From Takakia lepidozioides (taxonomy: Eukaryota; Plantae; Bryophyta): a DNA stretch of 64,000 nucleotides. Positions 11,932 to 25,557 of this stretch are shown in pieces (the stretch's first letter is position 1; each line of letters begins with the position of its first letter). Made by a program: the position numbers and the translations under genes. The notes beneath the pieces are model-generated. The model did not search any database, was not told the DNA's origin, and saw only the letters and a list, made by a program, of their open reading frames with translations. Location: the NCBI GenBank assembly GCA_030704615.1, contig CM060733.1, positions 20,212,001 to 20,276,000 of the forward strand, in the 5' to 3' direction.

Positions 11932-12606
11932 AGTTTGATTATTTAGGTTTTTTTTGCCAGCAAGGAGTCTTATCGAAGGTAGTCCTTTTATCTCTCCATA
12001 TTTGTTAAACTCTCTGCATACAAACCGCTATATTTATCAGGGATCACTGTGAAGGTAGGCTTGAAGGGAACTTGATATAATGGAATTGGATGTGGTAGAA
12101 CTGAAAGCATAACTTGAAGGGAATTGATATAATGCTTTAGGTCCTGTCCGTCACAAGGACTGTACTGAGTAGTAGTGGTGGATTGTCTAGGAGTTGTTAA
12201 GAGGGCTCTGATGAGGAGTTCCCAAGTACTCAGGGATTTTCATTGATCCCTCTCCCTCTTTTTCTCCTTGTTCGACACCCATAAAATGTAGGGTTCAAGT
12301 GATCAACCTTATTGGCATTAGATCCTTCTGCATATGGCTGCTGCCGACACTGCTAGTGACAACTGGTTTGGATACATAATCTTTTCTAGGTAATTCTGTC
12401 TAAATATTCCGTATTTGTAAAGGGTAGCACAGGGGTCCTACTTCAGTGAGAGCTTGATTTGGTTTAGTTCAATGCCCTACAGTTCTTGACAGATCATATT
12501 GCATGTTGTGATGCAGTATTCACGACTGAATGCCATTAACAAGGAGAAAGAGAAACAAATGTTTGGCAACAAGAGTGATAAATCTGATGACCATGGGCAC
12601 CAGTGA
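11447..12606 (+). CDS. NDUFS5: Mitochondrial complex I 15 kDa subunit (NDUFS5 family), exons 11447-11596 and 12517-12606, 79 aa
   Basis: MASGFGIHGKKGRCYDVWMDFSDCMSHCTMPADCAALRDDYFECLHHRKE|YSRLNAINKEKEKQ...* has the twin CX9C pattern and closely resembles plant NDUFS5 (MASGWG...GRCYDFW...EDYLECLHHSKEF). Confidence 0.95.
11897..11929. repeat. (CT)n microsatellite in the NDUFS5 intron
   Basis: Uninterrupted ctctct run. Confidence 0.95.
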
Positions 12607-13488
12607 GGCTGTTTTGTGGCTGTCGGACAAATTTTCTGCGAGCTATATGCTGCTACATCCTTCCATGCCGATTTATCTGTTCTTTGTAACTTCAACAATT
12701 TAAACGGTGGACCATGAGGAGCATAACTGTGTACCAGGGCAGGGTGTAAGTTGCCTTGGCATTCGCAACATAGATATTGAAGAGATGTTGATGCAAGGTT
12801 TTGGAAGTTCTAGACTAGTTAGTTCAATTTCGGGAAAGTGAGATTTGATTCCTGTAATGTGGATAGTGATGCCATTGATCTCTTCACTTACATGCCCCTT
12901 TCTGAATTCTTTGAATGTATGATGGGGAAATATGTTGGTATCATGTCATCGGTGGTCCCATTGGTTCCGTCTCTAAGGGCAGCAGCAGGACAGTTTGAGA
13001 TGGAAGCTACTTATGAGCATCTCATTATGAGGGTTGCTGGTTTGCAGAATTGCACACATATTCTCTCCCTCTGTTCCATTCTGTCTTCAATGAAACAAGG
13101 CTTAAACTTCCCTGAACTTGTTTTCAGTTTGTGACATGTGTGAGGATTACTTCATTGTAATTAAAAGTATATGGCGAAGTTTCAACATTCTCCATAATAG
13201 CCTACTCATACATTCCTAATGATCCTAAGCCTCGCTGCTTTTAGGTTTGATTGGGCCGTTCTTCGAGCCCAGCTGTCATGCGAAACCTATGAGTTCAAAC
13301 ACCCGTCAAAAACTTCGAGTGACCAACATCAAAGACTGCGTGTTCATAGTTGGGGGCGTATACTGACTCCTGAGCTCACATCTACTTCTCCATGGGACAG
13401 GTCAGCAGGTTTGATCGAACCCGAACCCACATTCAAGGCCATATCAGTAGAGTTACGGATCTCAAGGCCTCTCCTTCTCTTGTATAAG

Positions 13489-16236
13489 CTAGTTTGGGTA
13501 TATGCAAGTGCCGTAACCTGCACAATAGCAAGAGCAGCGAGTTATAACAGGGTTGGATTAAAGGGACAACAACATCGCACAAAGTCTGCAGAGGTGATAT
13601 AAATTAAGTTATAAGTTGGCTCACATGCCATAGAATACCTTAGAGGCCACTCTATTTCGACCAGCCATTCGAATAATCGCCAGATTTCGACCTCAAAAAA
13701 TAAAATCGAATATTCTGTCGCAAATCCACTGTTTTTTCATGGATGAAATCGCCAAATTTCTCCAAATAAAAAATAAATTATGGATGAATTCGCCAGATAT
13801 GGATGATATATATGGATGATGGCACATAGGTGGATGAACAGAATAAATGGCTATTTCCTGCAAAACTCTGTAGCCACTTGCCAAATTTCTTAAAAAAAAC
13901 ACTAATTTCTACAGACCCCTCCCGGAATCATTAAATACATGCAGATCGCCAGGTTCGGCAAGCTTACTGACAATATTAATTTTTTCATTCAGGCTTCATC
14001 CGACTTTCCAGGAATTGGGCACTCGTAGGTGCTTCTCATTAAATTAGGTGGGCCATGTCAAGATTCATATACAGTTGACATTCTCTATCGCACATTCTCT
14101 TAGCCATAATTGTATGGCAACACATTCTCTTAGCCATAATTGTATGGCAAGCCATACTCATGGTTAGTGATAAAAATGTTTAATAAGTCTCAAACTTTAT
14201 ATATATTTTTTTCTTTCAAACTTACGTTTTCACTGTCATATTGTAGCCTTGTGTTTTCAAACTTCATCTTTTTAACGAAGATTATTCGCATATTTCGTCT
14301 ATTCCCATGGCAAAATTTTAAAATATTCGTTTTCTCTTAAAGTGAATTAATTAATGTCAAAATAGAGCGACCTCTAGGGTAGTTTGAAAGCACGTTTCTA
14401 TGTTTAGAACCATTCATTGGGACTCTCCAAGATTATGGTTCTCTCAAAGACATAGAAATGCAAGAGAGAACTTGAGAGCAAGCAAACAAAGACACGTAGA
14501 GACAGCGAGAGAAATAGAACACGAACTCACTTGGATCTTGCTGTGTGAGGGTTGCAGTACCACCAAAGTTGCAACTTGCACCAATTGTCTTGTGTAATTG
14601 CCAGTAACTGTTGAAAGCATATGAGGCATGACTGGCAACCGTGTTGGGCTGGTAGCAGGATTGCCCAGACTGAATGGGAACACAGTTTGCCGCCCCGGCA
14701 CCGCAAGCATAGTTGAGAGCTACCAGTATAGAGTCGTTGTCTGCAGCCGCATTGGCCACACACCAGGTGCCATTTACAACCGACACCGTCGTAGCGGGGC
14801 TGGTTGGGCCAGCTGCAGTGGAACCAGTTTGATTACCTGAAAGAGTTGCTGGCGGAGGCGCAGTGCCCACCACAACTGGTGTGTTAGCCGACGGACTATA
14901 TTGGCCATCAGCCAGCTTCCCTGTCATATCAATAGGATACACCTGCGATCCATTGGGATACAGAATTCCCCAGTTGCGTTCTGTTGTGGCCCCTGTCTTT
15001 AGATCCTCATTGAAAAGAGCAAAAATGAAAGTGGGAATGAAAACCCCAGGCTTGAGGGGCGTGCCCATTGTGGTCATGGTAGACAAGATTTTGCGAACAA
15101 GCCTGCGATTGAAGTTTGCAGCATTATCAATGTTGGCTCCAACTTCATTAGCATCACCCAGTGTGGGCCAGCCCGTTTCACTGATTGCAAGCCTCACGTT
15201 GCCATACCCGAGCTTGGCCATGGCTGCAGAGACAGCATCTAATTGCGCATCCAGTAGATTGGTGTACTGGAGATTTCCATCGACGACCGTGGCAGTCGAG
15301 CTCCCAAAGAGAGCATAACTCAGCGATATTTGTGAGGAGCTGCTGGACCAGGCAAAGTATGGGTAAGCATTGACGAACAAGTATGAGTGTGTTCCATTGA
15401 GGTATTGTAGGAGAGGCTGTAGGACTGAATCTGCAATATCCGCACGAAAAATTCCAGCTGAAGGAGGGTAAGAGGTGGACAGGACATCCAGAGCCACAGC
15501 TGTAGAAACTTTAATTGCCGCTGACAAGTTACGATTTTGTAAGCCCTGGTGAATGTTTTCGATAGCGGGCACCAGCTGGGTCCAAGTGGACTGAAGGCTA
15601 GTGTCTGAAAAGATCTCATTACCGACTATTATAGATACGATATTCGTGGCCGGGTAATACGTAGCAACATTCTGCTCGACCCATTGATCACCTGCCGCAG
15701 CGCTTGCAGCGATCTGTGCGATGCCATCGTTTGCCAAGCCAACGACAACCTCCAATCCACTATTTGCAAGAGCAGTTAGAACACTTGCATCTGTATCGAA
15801 GATTTTAACTCTTCCTATACTCAAGTTTTTAATCAATTCGACAGCTTGAGCTGGCGCTGGGAGATTGTCAGCAACGCGTCCAAAGTTGATACCTATTGTG
15901 TTTGCCTCTGCAGCATAAGTACCTGAGAATACACACACATAAAGTTTAGCATTTCTAAGTGTACGATAAACTGTGTGGACGCGCTGTACCAAGCTTGAAT
16001 GTGTCTTCTCTCACCCCGCCCAGACCCCCCTTTCGCCTTCTATGTGTACTCACCCCTCTCCAGATCTCTGTGACTCAACCACTTCTCAAGGTTTGCCACT
16101 ATAAACAGCCTGATGAACAGATGAGAAGAAGAGACACTCTCAATAGGAGGGCATCGGATTCTCGACAGCAAGGGTAATAATAACCAAATTCCTGTTTTGC
16201 AAACTCGCATCACTACCCAAGTTGCCTAGTCCAGAG

Positions 16237-16284
<48 letters not shown>

Positions 16285-16482
16285 AACACACACACACAAA
16301 CTTTGATCTATCGCAGAGCTCTCGTGAAACAAAATGAGGTGGAAGATTGTTCAACAATCCAACCCCTCAACTGTATATTTCCCCCGAAGATTGTCACTCG
16401 CAGTGCAAGGGTGGTGGAATGGATGATAGGGCTTCTATGTTGATCTCTGCATCAGATGAGTCCTCCTGAAGCCTCTTTTCAC

Positions 16483-16517
<35 letters not shown>

Positions 16518-16790
16518 GCACCATTTCATTTCATTTCTCTCTCAAGGGATTACTACCCTATGTGGATGGAAACAGAGGATGAAACCAAAATCCAACACGT
16601 GGGATGATTTATAAATTCAAAAGACCTGTTTCAGGAACACTGTACCAGGATCAGATTGAGAGTTGATTTGGCAAACCGAGGGCGCGACCCACATACTGAG
16701 AACTATGAAAAGCCCCAGGATTCTCAATCTCGAGCCGCATTCTAGCCCTTGCCTTCTATCCCCTGCTTGTCGTTGTCTTTGTCCCTCCAT
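13489..16790 (-). CDS. GH17 endo-beta-1,3-glucanase with X8 (CBM43) domain, exons 16790-16646, 15922-14531, 13517-13489
   Basis: Hydrophobic signal-peptide exon; IGINFGRVADNLP; catalytic IIVGNE and ISETGWP; FIFALFNE; Pro/Thr/Ser linker; X8 WCVA...ALNYACG...C..I..GQSCYQPNT...HASYAFNSYW...CNF; last exon SYGTCIYPN*. All GT-AG junctions are phase-compatible. No GPI signal follows X8. Confidence 0.95.
13727..13904. mobile_element. Probable MITE in the last glucanase intron
   Basis: Imperfect terminal inverted repeat CACTGTTTTTT...AAAAAAAACACTA with internal ggatga and cgcca motifs. No TSD confirmed. Confidence 0.45.
14091..14150. repeat. Perfect 30-bp tandem duplication
   Basis: cacattctcttagccataattgtatggcaa x2. 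Confidence 0.95.
16238..16297. repeat. Compound (TG)n(AG)n(AC)n microsatellite in glucanase intron 1; a (CT)n run follows at ~16487-16514
   Basis: Directly visible dinucleotide runs. Confidence 0.95.
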
Positions 16791-18049
16791 AGCTCGTAGT
16801 CGATGACGACCAAGGCGATGCAAACACATAGAATCAACTCAGAAGCTCTCTATATATCCTGATGTTATCCACCGTGGGTCTGGGTGATGGGCGAAAACTG
16901 TCTGAGGTCCATGCAGCTTCCGAAGGGAGCAATCAAACAATGTTCACCTTCGGCTGTTATGGAGAGATGCTGACATTTACACAATCACCCACACAGCTCC
17001 GAGAGCCACCGTATAATGGAGGTTTTCCCTTATATATGCGTTGGCTTGGCCGGTGCGAAGAGTCGGAGATTGTACCTGTGATGCCCCAAGCGGTGGGAAG
17101 TGGGTGGATACGGGCAAGCAGGGGATAGTGGGCTACATCTCATGCACATGGGTTGATCGGGTAGCCGCTTGAAGACAGAGAGACGACTAATTAAAGACAC
17201 GAATTTTAGTGCAGCCTCTGTTAAAACAAGCTGATTCTCTCGCTAATCAGTAGAATCCAACTGTCATCAAGTTCAAGAAAGTCACAGCGAAGTGAACCAC
17301 CTCTCGAATATAAGTGAAATTTGAAATTGATCATCGTGCAAGTGAACAGCAAATGTTATTACACGTCTGCCAAAAGCAACCAATACTACACCAAGAACTG
17401 CTTTCGCCAAGAATTCTATAAGCGCGTAAAAAGTGAAGCAGTCACTACTATACCATCTACTATAGATTAGTACGCTGCGACACAACCGCAGATCGTGTGC
17501 GAACTGGTGTGAACGCCCCCCTCCGCAACAAGGCGGTGTGGCCCGCGTTGTCGCCACCATCTCAGACAGTCGCCGGCAACTTGCGCGTGCAATATCACGG
17601 CGCCCGGGGCCCGCCTGCTTATGACCCGGTCCACTTGCTGCTGTGAGAATCGAGGTGCTTGTGTTTATCTCGCATTTAAAATTTGTATTTTATGTGGACG
17701 TACTAAAAAGATCAGCCCTAGTTTTTCCTATGTATTTATCGGGACGTAACAACCGCGGCGGTGAGCCACTCCTATGGGTCTGGGGTTCAAACCATGGACT
17801 GGTATAAAATACTGGTATAAAGTACTGGTATATGCATTGGTATTAGATAGCAGACCAGTCTAGAATCATTAGGATGCCAGCTAGTGCCAAGTTTCTCAGC
17901 AATAGTGACGGCCACGTCGACAAGTTCTGGCTAAACCCTAATATATTTTAGCCAAAAGGTCACTTTTTTTAGCCAAATAACTATATTGTTAATAGTGGAA
18001 TTGTTGAAGGGGAAAAAGAGTTAAATCCCAAGGGTGCCATACGGCCTCA

Positions 18050-18892
18050 AGAGTCAACCGTGACCAAGAAAAAAAATCCTTATATATTTTTTACATTTAT
18101 TCTAATGATCCCTTAGAGCTCATTGTGAGGATCTCTTAGATTGGGAAAATGAAAAAAGATAAATTGCTATTTACGTTCGTTCTAAGTATCCCTTAAGCCG
18201 TTCTAAGCCGCTTTAAGGATTTGGAAAACAAAACGGTCAACCATGACCAAGAAGATAAACCTTAACATATTTTTTACATTTATTTTAATGATCCCTTATC
18301 CTTAGAGCCAATGCAAGGATTTGTTAGATTGGGAAAATAGAACAAGCTAAATTGCTATTTACGTTCGGTCTAAGGATCCCTTAGAGCCGCTCTAAGCCAC
18401 TCTAAGGATTTCATACAGCAGGAAAAGAAAAAAAGCTAAATTTCTATTTATATTCGCTCTAAGAATCCTTTAGAGCCGCTCTAGGATTTTTTAGAGCGAA
18501 AAAACAGAAAAAAACTAAATTGCTATTTACATTCGATCTAAGAATTACTTAGAGTAAGAAAATAAAAATAGATAAATTGCTATTTACATTCGCTCTAAGG
18601 ATTTCTTAGAGCGGGGAAACAGAAAAAGCTAAATTGCTATTTGTATTTGCTCTAAGGATCCTTTAGAGCCGCTTATGGATTTATTAGAGCGGAAAAACAA
18701 AAAATAATTAAATGGCTATTCACATTTGATCTAAGCATTACTTAGAGCAAGAAAACAGAATAAACTATATTGCTATTTGCATTCGCTCTAAGGATCCCTT
18801 AGAGCCGCTCGAAGCGGCTCTAAGGATTATTTTAGAGTGATTAAAAAAAACAGACATTCACTGTAAGAGTTTCTTAGAATCACTCTAAGGAT
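18050..18892. repeat. Minisatellite-like array of 57-90 bp units with palindromic CTCTAAG-N5-CTTAGAG cores
   Basis: About eight units of aaattgctattt(a)cattcgctctaaggat...cttagagc...aaaaacagaaaa with modular extra gccgctctaag blocks. A longer ~185-bp unit is duplicated at the start. Confidence 0.9.
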
Positions 18893-19491
18893 TGCATATG
18901 GAGCATGAAGTCCCTTATACTTCGAATGGGTCCCAGCTGGACACATTCTCCTTATGTTTTTTATGTGTTCTATTCATGGCTGATTGTGTATGTATTTCAC
19001 CTATACATAGGTCAAATGATAATATGTGTTTATATTATGTGTGTAATCAGAGGTTCCTGAGTCATGTTCTTTATGTGTTCTACTCAAGCTCACAATGCCA
19101 TTTTTTTCATTGCCAAAAAGGCAGGTTCATTGTCTCTGTTTACTGCTCTCAGGTATCTCCTACACGCCCCATGTGTCTAGGCCTCATGGCAGCCTCCAGG
19201 CTTGTCGGGGTTTAATTTTTTCCCTTCAATAATTATAAAGAAAATTTACAAGGACTCTGTCCCTTGTTGCCTAGAAGGAAAAAAAGAAAAGAAAAAAAAG
19301 GCAGGCGATGAATGAGGACATAATATAATATGAAGATATATATGTAATATGCTGTAATAAATAATACATATATTTTAGTATTTTTATTTTATTTTAATGA
19401 TTTTTATTTTTTGCTTTAAAAAAAAATAGAGACCAGTGTTGTATTGGTATATAGGTGAAAGACTTGATATGTGCACGGCATATGCACTGCT

Positions 19492-20290
19492 ATTTGCAAT
19501 GCTTGTGCAAGCCTGACAGCCCTGGAGAAGGGCAAGAGGTGCATGGGGATATCATCAAAGCTGGAATTGTGCCAAATGTCAATCTGAACACTGCCTTGGC
19601 AGCTTTGGAAATGGGGAAAGAGGTCCATGGCGTCATCTTTAGAGCTGGAATTGTATCGGATGTCATTCTGAACAATACCCTGGTGAACATGTTTGCAAAA
19701 TGTGGGTGCATCTAGGATGCAAAGGGAGTGTTCGACACTATGGCTGAACGACATGTGGTGTCGTGGAGTGCGATATGATGTGCTTGCAGGGTATGCACAG
19801 CAGGGATGTGGAATGGAGGCTTTGGAGAGTTATGAGCAAATGATGGAGTGTTTCCCCCATCATCTACTCATAGCTCTCCAAAGCCTCTATCCCACGTCCC
19901 TGCTGTGCATACCCTGCAAGCATCGCACTCCATGACACCACATCTCGTTCAACCATAGTGTCAAACGCTCCCTTTGCATCCTAGATGCACCTACATTTTG
20001 CAAACGTGTTCACCAGGGTATTGTTCAGAATGACATCTGATACAATTCCAGCTCTGAAGATGACGACATGGACCTCTTTCCCCTTTTCCAAAGCTGCCAG
20101 GGCAGTGTTCAGATTGACATTTGGCACAATTCCAGCTTTGATGATATCCCCATGCACCTCTTGCCCTTCTCCAGGGCTGTCAGGCTTGCACAAGCATTGC
20201 AAATGCACACAAACACGATGTGCTTCCCCCATCATTTGCTCATAGGTCTCCAAAGCCTCCATCCCACGTCCCTGCCGTGCATACCCTGGA
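19492..20290. pseudogene. PLS-class PPR gene fragment duplicated as a long inverted repeat (arms ~19492-19846 and ~19857-20205)
   Basis: Translates to ACASLTALEKGQEVHGDIIKAGIVPNV, NTLVNMFAKCGCI*DAKGVFDTMAERHVVSWSA and LAGYAQQGCGMEALESYEQM. The second arm is its reverse complement. Confidence 0.92.
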
Positions 20291-21010
20291 CCAAGCTGAC
20301 TCTCCCAAGAACCTAGTAAACATCAGCGAGGACTTAAATGCGCAGCGGCAATAGGGCTTAGTGGGGCTTAGTGCTTGAGGGAAAAAAAAACATCGCATTG
20401 GTCCATGAGAACCACCATGGTACAGCTAAGCGAGCAGAGATTGAAACACGACCTGCTAAGACCAAGCTGACTCTCCCAAGAACCTTGTAAACATCATGAA
20501 GAATACCAAATCATGGTACTAACAGGAGCCAAAAGCCCACATTTGCAGGATGGACAAACTTCTTCACATCCTACATTAAGAAAAAGCCACACCTTGCAAT
20601 TACGATTGTCCCACCATCATGAAGGATCTGTAAAAAACTCATGCGAGCTCTGCTCCGTGCTGCAAATGCACGGCCGAGTCTGATGAGAAGGCAAAACAAG
20701 CTGAAATAGGTCGAAGAAGAAGGTGCCCTAACCACATTGTCGTCGACCTTGTGTCATGACCCATGGAGGATTTGACAGACCATGAACCCAAACGGACCTC
20801 TTGTGTGTGCTGCTTGTGTCTGTAGTTAGGTAATGTCGGATTGTCCATGAGAACCACCACGGTGCAGCTGAGCAAGCAGAGATTGAAACGCGACCTGCTA
20901 AGACCAATCTGCACGAGGACTTAGTGTGCACAGCAACGATAGGGATTAGTGGGGCTTAGTGCATGTGGGGAAAACAAACAACGAGGAGTTTGAACCCGCG
21001 ACACGCAGCG
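20289..21010 (-). repeat. Mosaic repeat with rearranged internal duplications and a tRNA B-box-like head (possible SINE remnants)
   Basis: Blocks 20289-20314=20460-20485, 20328-20390~20914-20975 and 20404-20463~20846-20906. GGGTTCAAACTCC lies on the minus strand at ~20985-20997. Confidence 0.45.
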
Positions 21011-21331
21011 ATACCAACTTGTTTATGACGATCAGATGTGGGTAACATGTTTCTACCTGGTTTTGATTATAGTTTAGGCATGTAAATAGTAGTGGTGATG
21101 AAGGAAGGGGCGGAAAGGACTGGTAGTGTGGTGATCCGTGCTACTGATCGTGGAAATTAGGGCCTGTCGAGTTGTTGAATTTATGACGGGCTGCTGAGGC
21201 GGTTGTGAAAGATTTTAGCACCATAGAGTAATGTATGATGTCTTTCTGGGTCCGCCAGTATGGCAGTGACAACGGCAGATGAGATCAAGCTGGCAGCAGA
21301 AGCGGGGAAGGGGACGAACCGACAGATACTT

Positions 21332-22024
21332 ACTAGTGTGGTAAGTAGGGTTGGGGTGTTTGCTTGAACAATTCTAGGCTGTTATTGTCAGCTGCTAGCA
21401 GCAAGGCAAGGATGTATGCATGATTTGTGCAGAGGTATGGATAGCTGAAGGGGCAGGGATAGAGCGTGGGTCCAGATTCATCCAAGAGGGCTGGATTTCA
21501 AGCTCCAGATTACCTATGATTCCATATAAAATCAGGCACTGGTAATCAAGGCACCTTCTTCAACACAATTCACCTTGTTTTTCTCTCTAATCAGAAATCG
21601 GTCCTAAATTCTCATGTTGAATTATGCAAGTTAGCTGCTTGCATTGAACCTTTGATAGTTTGGAGTGACTTTGACATGGTACTGCCAATGTGACAAAAGG
21701 AAAGTGTCCAGAAACAGGTAACAGAGACGAGGAGAAGAATACTTTCTGACTCCAGTCAATGGTGGGACAATCGAGGCAAAAAGGTGAATGCCTGCTGGAT
21801 TATAGAGAGTAGCAGATGCCATTGAGCATATGAACTAGTGTGATAAGTTGAGTTGGGTGTTTCCTAGAACAAATCTAGGTTGTCATTGTCAACTGCTAGC
21901 AGCAAAGCAAAGATGTATGCATGATTTGTGTAGAAGCATGGAGAACTGAAGGAGCAGGGATAGAGTGTGGGTCCAGATTCATCCAAGAAGGTTGGATTTC
22001 AAGCTCCAGATTACCTATGATTCC
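21332..22024. repeat. ~190-bp diverged direct duplication (21332-21523 and 21835-22024) within degenerate, possibly retroelement-derived sequence
   Basis: actagtgtg...ctaggctgttattgtc...gatgtatgcatgatttgtg...gtccagattcatccaaga...ttcaagctccagattacctatgattcc is present twice. Confidence 0.8.
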
Positions 22025-25000
22025 CTGTGGAAGGATAGCTACAAGAATCCTGCGTAGATGGTCAATTTCTTGTTGCGGTAGTGCTTAGCAACATCGTGCT
22101 TGAAGAATGAAGTATATTTTGGGAATATATATAGGCAAACTGGTTGAAACACCATGTCAGTGTCTGATGTATTAACATCCAATATCGTTCGAAGGTGGAA
22201 TGTCCTCTGAGGTTGTGTTGTGGTGTTTCTATGGATGACATGTTTGATTGTAGTTGTGTCTTTCATATTGTATCATGTTATTGCTTCTGCCAGTCTATGC
22301 AACAAGGTTGGTGGTAGAATCTTCCTTTGCCACTCTTTGCAACTGCCAACAGGGTTGGGGGTTGATTTGTTGGTCATTGAAAGATTAATGCATGCTCTCT
22401 TTCCCTGCATAGGGGTTGTGTCTTGGTATAGATGGCCTTTCCTTTTTGCCAATTGTTGTGCTTATGAGAGCTCCACAAAGTTAAATTTCATATTAATTTA
22501 ATTTAATATCTAAATTAGTCATTTAAAATTAAATAACATTTAATAAATTGTAAAATCTACATGATCAACACGTGTCCGTCACACCTGCTCCAACGAGACC
22601 ACGTGCCATCTGTATTGTTGTAGTGATATAGTCATATCCATAGTCGTGTAGTCATAAAGAAATGACTACTCCACTGCACCATTAGGTGATGCTTATATAT
22701 GTCAATGCCCAAGGATCCCACGTATCACGCAGAGGCCTCTCCATGTAGGCGCAATGTTGTAGTGATTTAGTCGTAACCTCAGTCATAACTTTCAGTCGTG
22801 TAGTCATATTTGTTATGACTACATTACCAAACCCTGCATCATTATCCCATGCCACATCCTCAGTGACGACCATGACTTCGCACTTATCACTCCGTAGTCA
22901 TAGTAGAACTGACTTCGTGTTTGTCACTGCAGAGTGATGTAGTCATAACAACACTTATCACTGCAAATACAGTGATATCCATAGTCATAAAAACGTTAAT
23001 CTGTACTAGTGGAATATGAAGCAGGAATGAAGCAAACAACGAAGCAGACAATGAAACAAAAACCTAATGTGCACCAAAGCACGGACTGAAGCACTGAAGT
23101 GGAGATGAGAGTGCACTGAAGACAGTGCAGTGCAACATAGAATGAAGCAGGATCCAAACGAATTGAATTAAGAACAGGCCACATGAATCAAGAGCAAGCC
23201 ATATGAATTGAGAACAGGCCAACACAAAACATGAAACATAAGACAAAAAGAGGGAGTTTTCAATGTTGTACCTGCTTGTGCCGGCCATTTTGGTGCCCCA
23301 GCAACCACAGTCCTTCGTTTGATACTCTCTTCCGCACCTCCGCCTGCCGGTAATTGCACTGTGCTCTCGCCTCTGCACTCGTCAATCTCCACTCGCCACT
23401 ATCCTGTCTCTCCTCCCCGCTCTTCAAATTTCACCTATTTCACTCTCTCACCTTTCACCCTCTGCTCTCTCCGCACTCGGCCAAATCTGCTTTCTTTCTC
23501 TCCACGCTCCAGTGTACAGTCGCTGCAAAACGTGCTCCAAAACTCTTCCCTTCCATGCTCTCCTCTCTCAACAGTCAAGCTCTCACTCGCGCAGCGCTTA
23601 CGCATATAAAATAGGAAGCCCAAAGGCCGGGCTCAAAGAGCGCACCCCTTATAAGCGAGCTTCAAGAATGATCTGAACCATCGCCTCCGTCCGAAATCGA
23701 ACGGTCGCGCGGCCCAAATGGATGTTTTGCCACATCCACGCAAACTAACATTAATACTGTCCATCCACACAGATGAAATTAGCTCAACTTTTGTTCCAAA
23801 TTGAATGACGAATGCACACACGTTTGGACAGACGACCGGACATACGAATGAAAAAAGAACGAAATGACTGTAATGACGCCATTGGTCAGACTCTGCAACC
23901 CTCACGCTTACAAAAATCTTAAAATAGATTCGAAGCCGCCAAACCTTAACCCACGCCCCAAACGCCCATGTGATCACCCACGTGACACGCCTAGGCAGTC
24001 GTTTCGAACTCAATCTGCCAGAGGACACAGCGCTAAACCTATGGATTCCTCACACTCTATAATCATTGTCTCGTTATGAGCCGTCCACAATCACTTTTGA
24101 CTGTTAGCCGCCAGACGTACATATTCCCTGACAACACCCGCAAGTGTCATGTGACATATGGCTTTAAGGATATTAGATGGCCCCTCATGTCGGGCATTCC
24201 TCGATTTAAGGTCCAGAGCCACCATAGGGACTGCCCATTTATCGAGGGATACCCGACACGAGGGGTCCATCCCTACATTAAACATGTGTAAGCAAGCAAG
24301 GCACGGCAGAGCATTCCGCACATTTGTAATGCACCGCCCTCGCTGTCCAATGAAATGCGCCGGCATGTAATGCCCCGCCCTGCCCAAGTGTTTTGTTCAC
24401 TATAACAGCACGATAAATATAGACAGAACAATCTCAAAGTGCTTTATGGTTCACCTCCGGATTCCTCCCAGCTAATTATAATGATCGATTGTTAATGTGC
24501 AGTCCAAAATTAGTTGTGGCGATTAGCCGTCTGACTTCATTTCTCCAGGCCACTTGTCAGAATCGACATCCTTCACGCTTATTCCAGAGTCTGCTGTCAG
24601 AGCCGCACGATAATGATGCCAGACATGTAGTCCTACTAACGTACAAGTACAATAGAATTCAGTCTGATCGCGGCCGTTATCGTTTGTTCCATAATTAATG
24701 TGACAATGGCTGCTGTCAATAAATGGAAAATTGTGCACACTTTCAATGAAGCCGTGATTTCGCGAGTTGAAATAAGCCGTTTGATCCGGGAGAGAAAGCA
24801 TACCACACTGCCATTGGAGCGATTCAAAGATGAAAGTTACATGTCACCTCTATATAACGTCCGACTCCACACAGCACCAACTTCCCACTGTGAACCTCTC
24901 ACTTGCTTCTTTTCTCTCACGCACCTCTCAGGACAACGTGTACCTCTTGGCCTGTCCTGCACCACTCTGCCCATAGGGTACTTCTGAAGCAGCCTCTGGG

Positions 25001-25557
25001 TCTCTCCCCGCTTCCTTAGTCTCAGGTGTCAACTGCACATTTCTCACGTAGGATAGTATGATACTCATGTTTTTGTGTACTCTCCATGTGCACCAGCTAA
25101 ACTTGCTTTTGTTTGTCTAAAGTTATTCCCAAACCTCCACTGGGCAGTCGCCACATTAATATTCATCCATCCATAGAATCCATTTTTCATATATAGAGGG
25201 TTTCTTCATTATCCATTGTTCATGCATGTGGTTGATTTTATCAACGGATATCATCCAACCTCCATTGTCTAGTGGAGGTTGGCATTTGTGACTTCATCTG
25301 ACAGTTCAGATAGATGTAGTCTATACTCCGCCCTCATACTCCAATTTAATTCCAATTGTTTTTCATCAGTCCCAGTGTACATCCAAACATTGACTTTACT
25401 TTCTCAAACCATATTGTTTTTCTCATTCAAAACCGCCGAAAAAGTTATACTTAAAGTTTCTCCTTTCGGTGGCACGACGTTCTTTCCTTCAGTTAATCTT
25501 CCGTCCTGTAATAGGATTTTACTGAACCTCCACTACCCAGTGGAGGTTACTAACTTC

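Noticed and set aside
17755-17800. tRNA gene (GGTTCAAACC B-box)
   Set aside because: No cloverleaf or convincing A-box; at most a SINE remnant.
18050-18892. CRISPR-like array
   Set aside because: The spacers are A-rich variants of each other rather than unique sequences, and unit length varies by whole modules.
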